This document shows, piece by piece, positions 17,382 to 26,201 of a DNA stretch of 34,450 bases. Under the pieces are notes generated by a model. That model searched no databases and was not told the origin of the DNA. It saw only the letters and a list, made by a program, of their open reading frames with translations. The DNA is taken from positions 1-34,450 of IMG/VR virus record IMGVR_UViG_3300033407_000079, one strand, 5' to 3'. How positions within the stretch are numbered: position 1 is the stretch's first letter; each line of letters starts with the position of its first letter. The translations under genes were made by a program, and so were the position numbers. This DNA is from a virus (lineage: Duplodnaviria; Caudoviricetes).

Positions 17382-19874
17382 TTACGCGCCGGCGTTGCGC
17401 ACGATGCCGCGATGGTTGTTGCCAGTCACGCCGACGACCGTCTTGACTTTCCAAATGCGGGCTTCGCTCTTTGGCTCGTCGCGCGAGGTCAGGCGGAACC
17501 CGCCCTCGTAACCTCGCTGAAACGCATACGCGATGCTGTCGATCATCGACGGCCACGCGCCGCCGTAATACTTGACGGCGCTGTCGTCGCTGAGCATCGG
17601 TTCCGCGATCGGCGTTACGGCGCCGCGGAACGTCTCCGTGTTGGAGGCCGACGTGGGCACGACGAGGACGGACGGAGAAAGCGTCTGCTTCGCAACGGTG
17701 ATCAACTCGTTGGGGACCAGCAGCCACTGCAAAAAGAGATTCGCAAATTGCTTGTTGCTGACGTCCTTTTGTTGACGCAGCAACAAGTCCATCGCGTCAA
17801 ACTCGGATTGCGACGGCGCCCCGCCCGACGTGCGGTCGTTGCCGTGGCCGGCGGTAAACAAAGCCGTCCCGTCATAGATGGCCTCGTTATTGACCAGTAG
17901 ATTGACGCACAGCCGATTGGCCGTGGCGTCCGCGGCACGCGCCAGCCTGGCGGCCACCCGCGGCAGTTGTCCAAGGTCGTCATCCACAATCATGCGGCGG
18001 GTGATCGCAAATTCATTCGCGTACTCGTCGACCGAAATGAACGCGACTTCCTCGCTGGGCTTGATCTTCTTGGGTTCCTCGTAGCCATCCGGCCAGTGGT
18101 CCAGTTCGCCAACCTCGCCGAGCTTGTGGATCGACTTCGGCTTGAAGTCGGCAATGGGGGCGAGACGCGCTGCCCACTGGCGATAACTGTGATCCGCCAG
18201 GCCGATTTCCTTGTCCATCATCTTGCCAAGCGTGGCCGACAGCAGATTGGGGAAGTCGGACGGATGTGCGCCGCCGCCGGCGGCCATGTAAACCGTTTCG
18301 CCGCCGGAGAGCATGTGCGCGGCAATCGTTTCCGGATCGTCCGATGCACGATGCCCGGACTGTCGCATGAACATCTTTCCCAGATCGGTCAGTCGCTCGT
18401 AGCGGTGCTGATGAGCGCCGGCCGGCATGTCGGCCTCTGACAGGGCGCCCAGGCGGTGCTCCAACACGGCGCCGAACACGGTCAAAAAGTTATCGTGTTC
18501 ACTGGCGACCGGCTTGATTGGCGGGCGGTCTTTCGACGCCTTCTCGGTGAACTGCTTCGCCGCCTTGGCGAACGACATGTCGATGTCCTTGCAAGCCGCC
18601 TCGATGTCGGCGGCGTCGATCCCCATCGTCTCACCGCAGGCGCGGATTGCGTTGATGCGGTCGTTTTCCTCCGCCGCGATTTTTCGGGGATCCAACTCCA
18701 CGTGCGGCTTGTCGTGGCAGCGCGTTTCGTCTTCTTTGCACGTTGCCTTCGTGCCGCAATCGGGCTTTTCTTCTTCGCACGTCGGCTTGGTTTCCTCACG
18801 CAAGGCGATCACGATGGCCTGCGCTCCGCTGGGGACCGCACGGCCGCGAGCACCGAAAAACCCTCGCAGGGAGGCTTGGCAAACGTCGTCTGCCGCGTTC
18901 GGCTCGACCAGTCCGAGCGCTTCAAGTTGTTGGCGAATTTTCCGTTCCATCTTGATCCTCGCGATGGGTAAAAAAGAGACTCTCGTAAACCCGCTCGACG
19001 ATGAGCGGCCCTCACCGCGGATCGCCGCGATGGTGTCTTGTAGCGTTCCGATCCGATCGATGAGTCCGCGCTCCAGTGCGGCCGGCGCCAGAAACACTCG
19101 GCCGGCGCCGTATCGCTCCCGGACCTCCGCGACGCTGATGCCGCGGTTACGAGCGACGGCGGATTCAAACTGTTCCGTCGTGTCGTCGATCCGCGATTGC
19201 AGAATCGACCGCGCGCCAGAGTCCAGCTTTTCAAACTCGTTCGGCCTGCCCTTGCTTTCCGGCTGGCGGATCACCGTGCTGGTGACGCCGTTGCGTTTGT
19301 CCGCCTCGGTAAACTCGGTGTGGACGGCGAACGCGCCAATAGAGCCGATTTCTGAGCTTGGGCTGCCGACCAGTTCGTCCGCGGCACTGAAAATCCAGTA
19401 CGCGCCAGAAGCGCAAATATTCCGTGCGACGCCCGTGATGGGCTTTTGGCCCCGGGCCTGATACACCAGGTCGCCGACCTCGTGAACGCCGGCAGCCGCG
19501 CCGCCTGGTGAATCAACATCGAGAACGACATGTCGCACGGAATCATTCGCCATCGCGCGGCGAAATGCTTCCGAAAATGCTTCGGTTGAGGTGCCGCCGC
19601 TGATTTTCACAAGCATGTCCATCCGCGGCGACAAGACGCCGTGCAGGTGCAGGACGGCGATGCCGTCGACCATCGTCATCAACTCCCGCTCGCCATCGCG
19701 GTCTTCGCCGATCCGCTGTTGGATTTCGTCGGCGGTGAACCGGTAACCGTCGGCGCGCAGGTTGATGAGTTCGCAGATTTGCTCCAGCTTCTCCGGCAGG
19801 ATCACCCACGGCGATTGGCTGATCGCCCGTATGATCTTGTTGTAGCGCCGGTCGTGGAGGCTGCGTCGCGGCAT
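17382..19874 (-). CDS. S49 prohead protease - scaffold - major capsid protein fusion
   Basis: S49 motifs LDVDSPGG, CASGAYWI.SAA, EIGSIG; C-terminal Mu gpT/HK97-like capsid (SDFPNLL, DFKP, ITRRMIVDDDLG, DGTALF...HGN, LLVP..L, RGIVRNAGA). Confidence 0.9.
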   Translation of the reverse strand: MPRRSLHDRRYNKIIRAISQSPWVILPEKLEQICELINLRADGYRFTADEIQQRIGEDRDGERELMTMVDGIAVLHLHGVLSPRMDMLVKISGGTSTEAFSEAFRRAMANDSVRHVVLDVDSPGGAAAGVHEVGDLVYQARGQKPITGVARNICASGAYWIFSAADELVGSPSSEIGSIGAFAVHTEFTEADKRNGVTSTVIRQPESKGRPNEFEKLDSGARSILQSRIDDTTEQFESAVARNRGISVAEVRERYGAGRVFLAPAALERGLIDRIGTLQDTIAAIRGEGRSSSSGFTRVSFLPIARIKMERKIRQQLEALGLVEPNAADDVCQASLRGFFGARGRAVPSGAQAIVIALREETKPTCEEEKPDCGTKATCKEDETRCHDKPHVELDPRKIAAEENDRINAIRACGETMGIDAADIEAACKDIDMSFAKAAKQFTEKASKDRPPIKPVASEHDNFLTVFGAVLEHRLGALSEADMPAGAHQHRYERLTDLGKMFMRQSGHRASDDPETIAAHMLSGGETVYMAAGGGAHPSDFPNLLSATLGKMMDKEIGLADHSYRQWAARLAPIADFKPKSIHKLGEVGELDHWPDGYEEPKKIKPSEEVAFISVDEYANEFAITRRMIVDDDLGQLPRVAARLARAADATANRLCVNLLVNNEAIYDGTALFTAGHGNDRTSGGAPSQSEFDAMDLLLRQQKDVSNKQFANLFLQWLLVPNELITVAKQTLSPSVLVVPTSASNTETFRGAVTPIAEPMLSDDSAVKYYGGAWPSMIDSIAYAFQRGYEGGFRLTSRDEPKSEARIWKVKTVVGVTGNNHRGIVRNAGA

Positions 19875-21415
19875 CAGGCGGCCCCCCGCTGTCCGGTCAC
19901 TGCCGCCGGCTCTTCCGGCTCTTCGGGGAAGCGATCGCTGCCGGCGCCTTGCGTCGAGAGGTCAAACGTCAGTCCCGATGCCTCGATCATCTCGACTTCG
20001 CGCTTGCGTTCGCGGATCAAATCCTCAAACGAACCTTCCCCGCGTTTTTCCAGTTCGCGCGTCCAGGTGGACAACCCGGCGGCGATGCGGCGGATGGCCG
20101 CCGCGTCTTCCTTCATTTCGTCGAGTTGCAACCGCCCCGGCAAAATCAGCTTCGTGCGCAGCCAGCGCCGAGGATTGGTGCGGAAGACTTCGGGCCGCAA
20201 CGTGCCGTTGAAACGGCCCAGCGAAGCCGCCATCGCGGTGAAGCGCTCGCGGATCGGCACCACCACGCGCTGTCCGAACGAGCGGCTGATGGGCGCGAAC
20301 GTGCGGAAGTCGTCATTGTGCGCGGCACGCGCAGAACTGTAGTTTGTGCGGCTGTAGTCGCGCGTGTTGCGCAGCGCGGAAATGCCCGTCGCCATCGAAT
20401 GTTCGGTGTGGATCACATCGTAAAACGGCGGCAGGTTCGGCCCTGGCTGCGTCGGGTTGACGCCTTGCACGTCGTCGTCGGCGCCGATTTCGTTGATGAT
20501 TCCCTTGCCGAGCTTAAACAGGTTGTTGCCGGCGTCGTCGGTTGTTGAACTGTCGCCGCTCTCGACCAATCCCAGGCCACTACCGGACGGATGCGCGCTC
20601 TTGAGCACCAGCGTAAAGATGGCCTGGATCGCGGCGGCGCTGAGCACGTTGCCGATAAGCCAATCCCGGTCCCGGGCCGGCAGCATCGCCGCGCGCCACC
20701 AACTGACGCCGCGGGTTTCGCCGGGACGGGTGCGGTTGAAGTAATGCAGCACGCGCGCGGCCGGGATCCGCTGGCTCTGGTTGTCAAAGGTGCCGAAGGG
20801 GTCGGCCGGATGGGCGCCGTAGAGATAAAACGCCACCGCGCGGCCGGCGTTGTCCAGTTCCACGCCGCGGCGGATTTCGTTTTCGCCGTTGCGCGCCAGA
20901 CGGTCTTTCGTCAGGTCTATCTGCTCGGCTTCGAGCAACTGGTAGCACAATGGCAGCGATCGGTTTCGGTCCTTGTCGATGCACTCCAGCCAAAGCGTTT
21001 CACCGACGTTGGCCGTCTCCAATAGCGCCAACCGTTGCATTTCAGCGAACGTGTAGCTGCCGTCGGACGCTACTTCGCGCATCGCCCATTCGTCGAACAG
21101 GTCGTCAGCCAACGTGTTGAATTCCAGGTCGAGCGCTTCCGCCTCGCCGGTCGGTAGCGTCACCGCCGCGCTGGCGCGCAGCCCTTGCCCGATGCAGTGA
21201 TCGGCCAGCACGCGGCCGGCTGCGATGATGGCCGGCTCGTTGCGGATTTGATCGCGGATGCGACTGGTCATCAGATCCCAGTCGCCGTGAATCGCGCCGT
21301 CGCCCGATCGGTGTGGCGGCAACCAATCCTTGGTCATCCGCGTGCGCGCGCCGCCCTTGTAGGCGTTTTCCGACGCCTGAATGCCGAACAGCTTGGCGAT
21401 TGCTTTGCGAATCAT
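19874..21415 (-). CDS. phage portal protein, lambda family
   Basis: R.RDQIRNEP, QLLEAEQID, IRRGVELD..GR.VAFY, RPGETRGVSW, DYSRTNYSSARA; ATGA-coupled start at 21415. Confidence 0.92.
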   Translation of the reverse strand: MIRKAIAKLFGIQASENAYKGGARTRMTKDWLPPHRSGDGAIHGDWDLMTSRIRDQIRNEPAIIAAGRVLADHCIGQGLRASAAVTLPTGEAEALDLEFNTLADDLFDEWAMREVASDGSYTFAEMQRLALLETANVGETLWLECIDKDRNRSLPLCYQLLEAEQIDLTKDRLARNGENEIRRGVELDNAGRAVAFYLYGAHPADPFGTFDNQSQRIPAARVLHYFNRTRPGETRGVSWWRAAMLPARDRDWLIGNVLSAAAIQAIFTLVLKSAHPSGSGLGLVESGDSSTTDDAGNNLFKLGKGIINEIGADDDVQGVNPTQPGPNLPPFYDVIHTEHSMATGISALRNTRDYSRTNYSSARAAHNDDFRTFAPISRSFGQRVVVPIRERFTAMAASLGRFNGTLRPEVFRTNPRRWLRTKLILPGRLQLDEMKEDAAAIRRIAAGLSTWTRELEKRGEGSFEDLIRERKREVEMIEASGLTFDLSTQGAGSDRFPEEPEEPAAVTGQRGAA

Positions 21416-21627
21416 TCGCACACCGGCTGGGCTAGATAGATGCCGCCACGGCTGATTTCCCGCGCGACGCGCTCTTCGAGCTTGCGACGCTCGCCGTAGA
21501 GCCTGGGCAGATCGTGCAACTTCATCCGCTGCGCCGCCTCGCCCCATTCGGCAACGCCATCGCCGCTTTCGATGAGCGCGATCATCGCGTCGAGTGCGTC
21601 AAGTTGTTGCTGCGCCGTACGGGCCAT
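21412..21627 (-). CDS. gpW-like head-tail joining protein
   Basis: 71 aa between terminase and portal; helix-hairpin-helix pattern (LDA.I..IE.G...DL..L...R..LE). Confidence 0.7.
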   Translation of the reverse strand: MARTAQQQLDALDAMIALIESGDGVAEWGEAAQRMKLHDLPRLYGERRKLEERVAREISRGGIYLAQPVCE

Positions 21628-21638
21628 GCCGTACGGTT

Positions 21639-21687
21639 AGCATAAGAGAGGGGCAAATTGGGGCGTGAGGTTTACAGTAATGTAAAC
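21639..21687 (-). promoter_or_regulatory. candidate activator-dependent late promoter with palindromic site
   Basis: GTTTACA-GTAA-TGTAAAC perfect inverted repeat at 21670-21687; TATGCT -10-like at 21644-21639; AT-rich gap before head operon. Confidence 0.5.
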
Positions 21688-21693
21688 AGAGAC

Positions 21694-22170
21694 TTACGCC
21701 CTGGCATCGAATTGTTGTTGCTCATCCGCCGCTCTGCGCGGACTTGGGAAGGGGTTGCGAACCTTGATTAGATTTTCGTGCCGGCACTTTTCATTCAAGC
21801 ATTTGAACTCTATCAGGCCCATCGCCGAGCCGGTCCGCGTGCATTCGACGTGGCAATAGCCGCAGATGGGAGCACGCACCACGGCGGGCTGAGGCTCACG
21901 AGACATTTTGAAACCCTCGGATTCGGAGCATTTTGGATTACAGCAGTAGCATCGGCGCATGCTGTCGCTGGTCGTGCCAGCCTTCATGTACTGGCCGCAC
22001 GTCGGACAGGGCGGGCACTTCTGGTTGCCGTGCGGGGTTTTTTCCGCGCAGGTCTTAATCTTTTCCTCGCAGTGATTTTCCTCGGCGCCGCACTGGGCGT
22101 CCACTTGGATCGGCGCTGATCTCTGTGATTCCGAGGCCGCACTCGACTTCTGCTGAGACTTCTTCGGCAT
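21694..22170 (-). CDS. double zinc-ribbon protein (Ogr/Delta-like)
   Basis: CPTC...R.YC.NPKC and CGYC...FKC.NEKC. Confidence 0.55.
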   Translation of the reverse strand: MPKKSQQKSSAASESQRSAPIQVDAQCGAEENHCEEKIKTCAEKTPHGNQKCPPCPTCGQYMKAGTTSDSMRRCYCCNPKCSESEGFKMSREPQPAVVRAPICGYCHVECTRTGSAMGLIEFKCLNEKCRHENLIKVRNPFPSPRRAADEQQQFDARA

Positions 22171-22363
22171 CTGCAATGCCCTCCGTAACGGTCGTTTCGC
22201 CCCGCAACTCCGCGAGGCGTCGTTCAAGTTCGCGTTTCGTTTTTGACAGCAGGTCGATAGCCGGCTGATGTTTCGTCACCGCCCCGTCTATGACCCCTCG
22301 ATGGCCTTCAAGCTCGGCCGTCACGTCGCGCAGTTCTATTTTTACTTGTTGGATGGCGTCCAT
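22055..22363 (-). CDS. small coiled-coil hypothetical protein
   Basis: AGGAG RBS before ATG 22363; MDAIQQVKIELRDVTAELE...; 3' end overlaps the next gene by 116 nt. Confidence 0.55.
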   Translation of the reverse strand: MDAIQQVKIELRDVTAELEGHRGVIDGAVTKHQPAIDLLSKTKRELERRLAELRGETTVTEGIADAEEVSAEVECGLGITEISADPSGRPVRRRGKSLRGKD

Positions 22364-22377
22364 TTCGTTTCTCCTGC

Positions 22378-24324
22378 TTAACGGGCTGAAAACTCCTCTT
22401 GATCCACACTGCGCCGCGCGCCGTTGGCGGGCTTCGCGCGCGACACCAAGTCGTGCCAGTCGCCGCCGGTAATCATGTCGGCCACGCCCATCGCGTACGC
22501 CTCGGCGTCCCAAGAGTGCGAGCCGATCGACTGGTCGACCACTTGCCACGTCGTAACCTGGCGGCCTAACCGATTGCGCTCCACCACCGGCACCTCGTTT
22601 GTCAGTTCGCGCAGATAAAGTTCCATCTGTTGGATGCGCTGAAAGTCGCAGAGGAACCACGCGCCAGGCTGGTCGAGCGGCTGCTGCCAGCGGCCGGAAA
22701 TGTCGGCGTTGAACAACTCGCGATTGATTTCCCACCGGACCATCCCTCCCTCGTACGGCTTGCCATCGCGGGCGCTGCGCTCCAGGCGGTTGGATCGCCA
22801 GCGGTCGCCGATCTTTAGCATGGTGGTGCCGGCCACCATGCGCACGCGGTCGCGGATGCGTGGCTCTAAGGCTCGCCACCACTCGTGGATGAGGTGAGGC
22901 GCGTAGCCAACGTCGATGCCGGTCAACTGGACGCGCATCGATTTGAGGCCCAGCGGATTGGCCGCCGGCAAAGGCCACGAGCGGTCCAAAACGTCGGCGG
23001 CAAACGTTTCCAGGTGACTCGACCGCCTGGCCTCGCGGACGTGCGAGGTGCCGAAGTCCACCAACGCCGACGTGCCGCCCTCGCCCCAGGCGCGGATAAT
23101 CCAGCGCACGAATTGCTTATGCACGTCGGCGCCGCAGGTGAGGAACACCGCCCACGGCGGAACGGTGCCGGCGGGGTTGGTGCCTTTGAGTCTGCGCCCC
23201 AGGTCCTGCCATCGCGGCGCCCCGATGCGTTTGGACCACGGCTTTCCCAACCGCTCATTCCAAAACGATTGCAGCCGCTCCGGATCGTTGCGCGCCTCAA
23301 GATACCACGCGGCCATGCGGCCGAACAAGACGCTTTCGGCGTAGAGGCTGTTCAACCGTCCGCCCCAAATACGCGGTCCCTTCTCCGGCTCACCGTGAAT
23401 CTTGCCGGAGGTGTCGACGGTCTGGCCGCGCGGGATCCATTTGCCGTGCGCTATCATGCCCGGCTTGTCGGCGTCGATGATTTTGCAGCCCAGTTCGCAC
23501 CGATAGTAGGCACGCTCAAACGCTTCGTCTGGCTTACAGTAGCCGCCTTTTTTGCTTTTCAACCCGACCACGCCGCCCGCGCCCGCGAACGGGCCGCGCT
23601 TGTTGATGAAAAACCTTAGCTCCTGGTAGTGGCCGCACCGAGGGCACGGCACTAGAAAACGCCGGCGGTCGCTGCGATCGTACGCCTTGGCGATCCGCGA
23701 AGTGTCATCGCTCGGCGTGGATTCTTTGACCAGCAGGCTGCGGTGGAATCGTTGCGTTCGCGCGGCCGCCAGGTCTTCCGGGTCGCCGTGCGTCAGTGTG
23801 CGCCGCCAGCGGTCCAACTCCGTGCAGAGCACCAACTGGCACGGCTTGCCGCTCAGGCGTTGTGTGCTCCGCGAGTAAGCCAGGTGGCAGCGCATGCCGC
23901 CGACCGTCATCCAGCGGCGATTCCAAAGCCGTTCGGGCGGGATCAAGTCACGCACCGCCGGCGACGCTTCGGCCATCGCGTAGCACTTGTCGCGCAGCTC
24001 GATCATCGAGTCTTCGTCCGGGCAGGCCAACATCGCCGGACAGGGGTGCAGCGCGGCTGTTGACAGCAGTAAAGCCTGGAGCATCGTCGTCTTCCCAATC
24101 TGTACGCCCGCCATAATCACGATCTCTTCCACGTCCGGGTCGTCAGCCGCTTCCAGCACGCCGGCCCAATAGCTGTCCGCTCCATCGATCTTGTAGCGTC
24201 CCGCCGCGGCCGATAGTTCCACCGGCAACCGTAAGTTCCGTCCGCACCACTCGACGCGTGACGTTGCCGGTCGGGGCCGGGTCCGCTCCGCGATTCTGCG
24301 CAGCAGCGCCGCGCGTGAGTCCAT
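22378..24324 (-). CDS. terL: terminase large subunit, lambda gpA family
   Basis: Walker A MAGVQIGKT, STP motif, VPCPRCGHYQ and YYRCELGC zinc site, FWNERLGKPW, LTCGADV, GIDVGY, HSWDAEAYA. Confidence 0.92.
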   Translation of the reverse strand: MDSRAALLRRIAERTRPRPATSRVEWCGRNLRLPVELSAAAGRYKIDGADSYWAGVLEAADDPDVEEIVIMAGVQIGKTTMLQALLLSTAALHPCPAMLACPDEDSMIELRDKCYAMAEASPAVRDLIPPERLWNRRWMTVGGMRCHLAYSRSTQRLSGKPCQLVLCTELDRWRRTLTHGDPEDLAAARTQRFHRSLLVKESTPSDDTSRIAKAYDRSDRRRFLVPCPRCGHYQELRFFINKRGPFAGAGGVVGLKSKKGGYCKPDEAFERAYYRCELGCKIIDADKPGMIAHGKWIPRGQTVDTSGKIHGEPEKGPRIWGGRLNSLYAESVLFGRMAAWYLEARNDPERLQSFWNERLGKPWSKRIGAPRWQDLGRRLKGTNPAGTVPPWAVFLTCGADVHKQFVRWIIRAWGEGGTSALVDFGTSHVREARRSSHLETFAADVLDRSWPLPAANPLGLKSMRVQLTGIDVGYAPHLIHEWWRALEPRIRDRVRMVAGTTMLKIGDRWRSNRLERSARDGKPYEGGMVRWEINRELFNADISGRWQQPLDQPGAWFLCDFQRIQQMELYLRELTNEVPVVERNRLGRQVTTWQVVDQSIGSHSWDAEAYAMGVADMITGGDWHDLVSRAKPANGARRSVDQEEFSAR

Positions 24325-24340
24325 ACCGCTCGTTATTGCA

Positions 24341-24934
24341 TTAACTTTGTATCCGCTCCCGCTTGTCGGCCAACTCATCTTGCACGCCGGCCAGGTCGTT
24401 TAGGATGTCGTGGATTTCCTGGCGGAGAATCTGCACGAGTTCCTTTTTCTTGCCGCGCGGCGGCGTGAACTTCGTAAGCAATCGCTCCGGCAGTTGCTCC
24501 AATTGCGTCTTGGCCTCGGCAATGTAGGCTTCGATGATTTCCGAAACGTCCCGCCAGCCGATCAATTCGCCTTCCTTCTCGGCGGCCTTGAGTGTGGCCA
24601 GCCGCGCTTCGGCCAGCAGCTTCTGCTGCCTTGCGTCGTCGGACGCCTCGGAATTCCGCTCATTGGTCTCGATGTTCTCTTCGCGCCACTCGGTAATCTG
24701 GCTAAGGTCGTATGCGCCGACGGCGAATCCCGGACATCCGCGCTCGCGCCAATTGGCGACGTACCGGGTTGAGACGCCGAAATGGTTCGCCACGTCCGCC
24801 AGCGTCCGCACGATCCCGCTCACTTCGTCGGCCTCGGCGATCAGTCGCCGGAGTTTGGCCTTTTTTGCCCCCAACTCTGCTATCAGCCCGGCGGCGTCTT
24901 TTTCAGCCCCTTTTTTAGGCTTTTTGTCCGCCAT
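24341..24934 (-). CDS. terS: terminase small subunit (Nu1-like)
   Basis: HTH LADVANHFGVSTRYVANW...GCP....YDLSQI.EW; coiled coil then EGELI; directly upstream of terL. Confidence 0.85.
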   Translation of the reverse strand: MADKKPKKGAEKDAAGLIAELGAKKAKLRRLIAEADEVSGIVRTLADVANHFGVSTRYVANWRERGCPGFAVGAYDLSQITEWREENIETNERNSEASDDARQQKLLAEARLATLKAAEKEGELIGWRDVSEIIEAYIAEAKTQLEQLPERLLTKFTPPRGKKKELVQILRQEIHDILNDLAGVQDELADKRERIQS

Positions 24935-24944
24935 AACTGCCTAT

Positions 24945-24972
24945 TTGTCAACGTGTTACGACACATTATAAT
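24945..24972 (+). promoter_or_regulatory. sigma70-type promoter for the plus-strand island
   Basis: TTGTCA-16 nt-TATAAT; AAGGAG RBS at 25001-25006 before ATG 25016. Confidence 0.65.
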
Positions 24973-25015
24973 AGTGGAGACACCACTACTTCTCGCCACA
25001 AAGGAGCGATAAAAA

Positions 25016-25579
25016 ATGATGCCTCGAACGCTTCACAAACTCGATCCGATGGCCTGCATTTCCGCGATGCAAAAATTCATCCGCCGCGCCGACGAACGTC
25101 GCGCGATGGAGTTCGCCTGCGAACTGATCCACACCTCGAAGCCGTTTTTTTCAATGGTCGCCAATCGCCTGGAAGTGATCTCTCACGAAGACGTCGGCCT
25201 CGCCGATCCACAAGCCGTCCTCTTCGCTGGCATGGCGATCGAGCAGGCGCGTCGGCACTATGACGCAAAGAAGCCGGGCAAGTGTCGCATGATGATCGGC
25301 AACGCCATCCGCGCCCTTTGCCGCGCACGGAAATCCCGCGAGGGCGACCATTTTCAGGCGGCGATAGGCGTCCCGAACCGCGAACAAAACCGCATCCCGG
25401 AAATCCCGGATTTCGCCTATGATATGCACACCAGCCGCGGCCGTCGCGCGGGCAAGGGCCTCGACCACTTTCGCCGCGAGTCGGCGCGCCTCGTTCCGCC
25501 GCCCAAACCCGATGTGTACGAGACTGAGGCTTATGGACTCTGGCATTGGAAATCGCAGCAGACAAACGGCGCTGATTAG
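25016..25579 (+). CDS. stand-alone RarA/MgsA C-terminal-like domain protein (no AAA+ module)
   Basis: ISAMQKFIRR, RLEVISHEDVGLADPQA, IPDFAYDMHT..GR..G; no Walker A/B. Confidence 0.7.
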   Translation: MMPRTLHKLDPMACISAMQKFIRRADERRAMEFACELIHTSKPFFSMVANRLEVISHEDVGLADPQAVLFAGMAIEQARRHYDAKKPGKCRMMIGNAIRALCRARKSREGDHFQAAIGVPNREQNRIPEIPDFAYDMHTSRGRRAGKGLDHFRRESARLVPPPKPDVYETEAYGLWHWKSQQTNGAD

Positions 25580-26201
25580 CCTGCCCAACAGCGGCAGCAC
25601 GTGGCTCGCCGAAATCCTCGCCCGCCACATTCCACAGGCGCGGTACGCGATGGAGTATTTCAATCCACTGCGAAATTCCGCCCGCTTCGATGTGCTCCGC
25701 CACGGCTTCGGATGCGAACTGCAAAGCTGCTCCCGTTGGATCGTTGACACGCCAGGCGAAGCACAACTCGACGATATCTACGCGCGATCCTGGGCGCTGG
25801 ACGGTTACAACTTCACCAAGGAGGTATTTTCGCCCACAAAGCTTCGGTGGTTCCATCGCCACTTTCGTTGCGCCGTCCTCATCACCCGCCCTGAACTTGC
25901 GTTCCCTCCATCGCGGCTGCGTGTGTACTCGTTTTACGAACACGCACACTGCGCCATTTGGCCAAGTCGGCCATTCCCTTCCGTGCACGCAGCGGCCGTA
26001 CGCACCATGATCCACCTGACGGATCGACTCGTCGAAGATGCCCACAAACTCTCGGTTCCGGTGCTCGATTACCATGAGTTGCTCACAGGCGATTTCTCAT
26101 TTTTAGCCTCATTCCTTCCCCATCTTTCCTTCGGACTCGATCCGGACGATTGTGCTCGCGACATCATTTCCACGCGCCGACATCCCCTGCGGCGCTGCTA
26201 A
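25533..26201 (+). CDS. sulfotransferase-like protein
   Basis: LISLPNSGSTWL (5'-PSB-like), EYFNP, FTKE, VLDYHELL; start codon uncertain. Confidence 0.65.
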   Translation: MDSGIGNRSRQTALISLPNSGSTWLAEILARHIPQARYAMEYFNPLRNSARFDVLRHGFGCELQSCSRWIVDTPGEAQLDDIYARSWALDGYNFTKEVFSPTKLRWFHRHFRCAVLITRPELAFPPSRLRVYSFYEHAHCAIWPSRPFPSVHAAAVRTMIHLTDRLVEDAHKLSVPVLDYHELLTGDFSFLASFLPHLSFGLDPDDCARDIISTRRHPLRRC

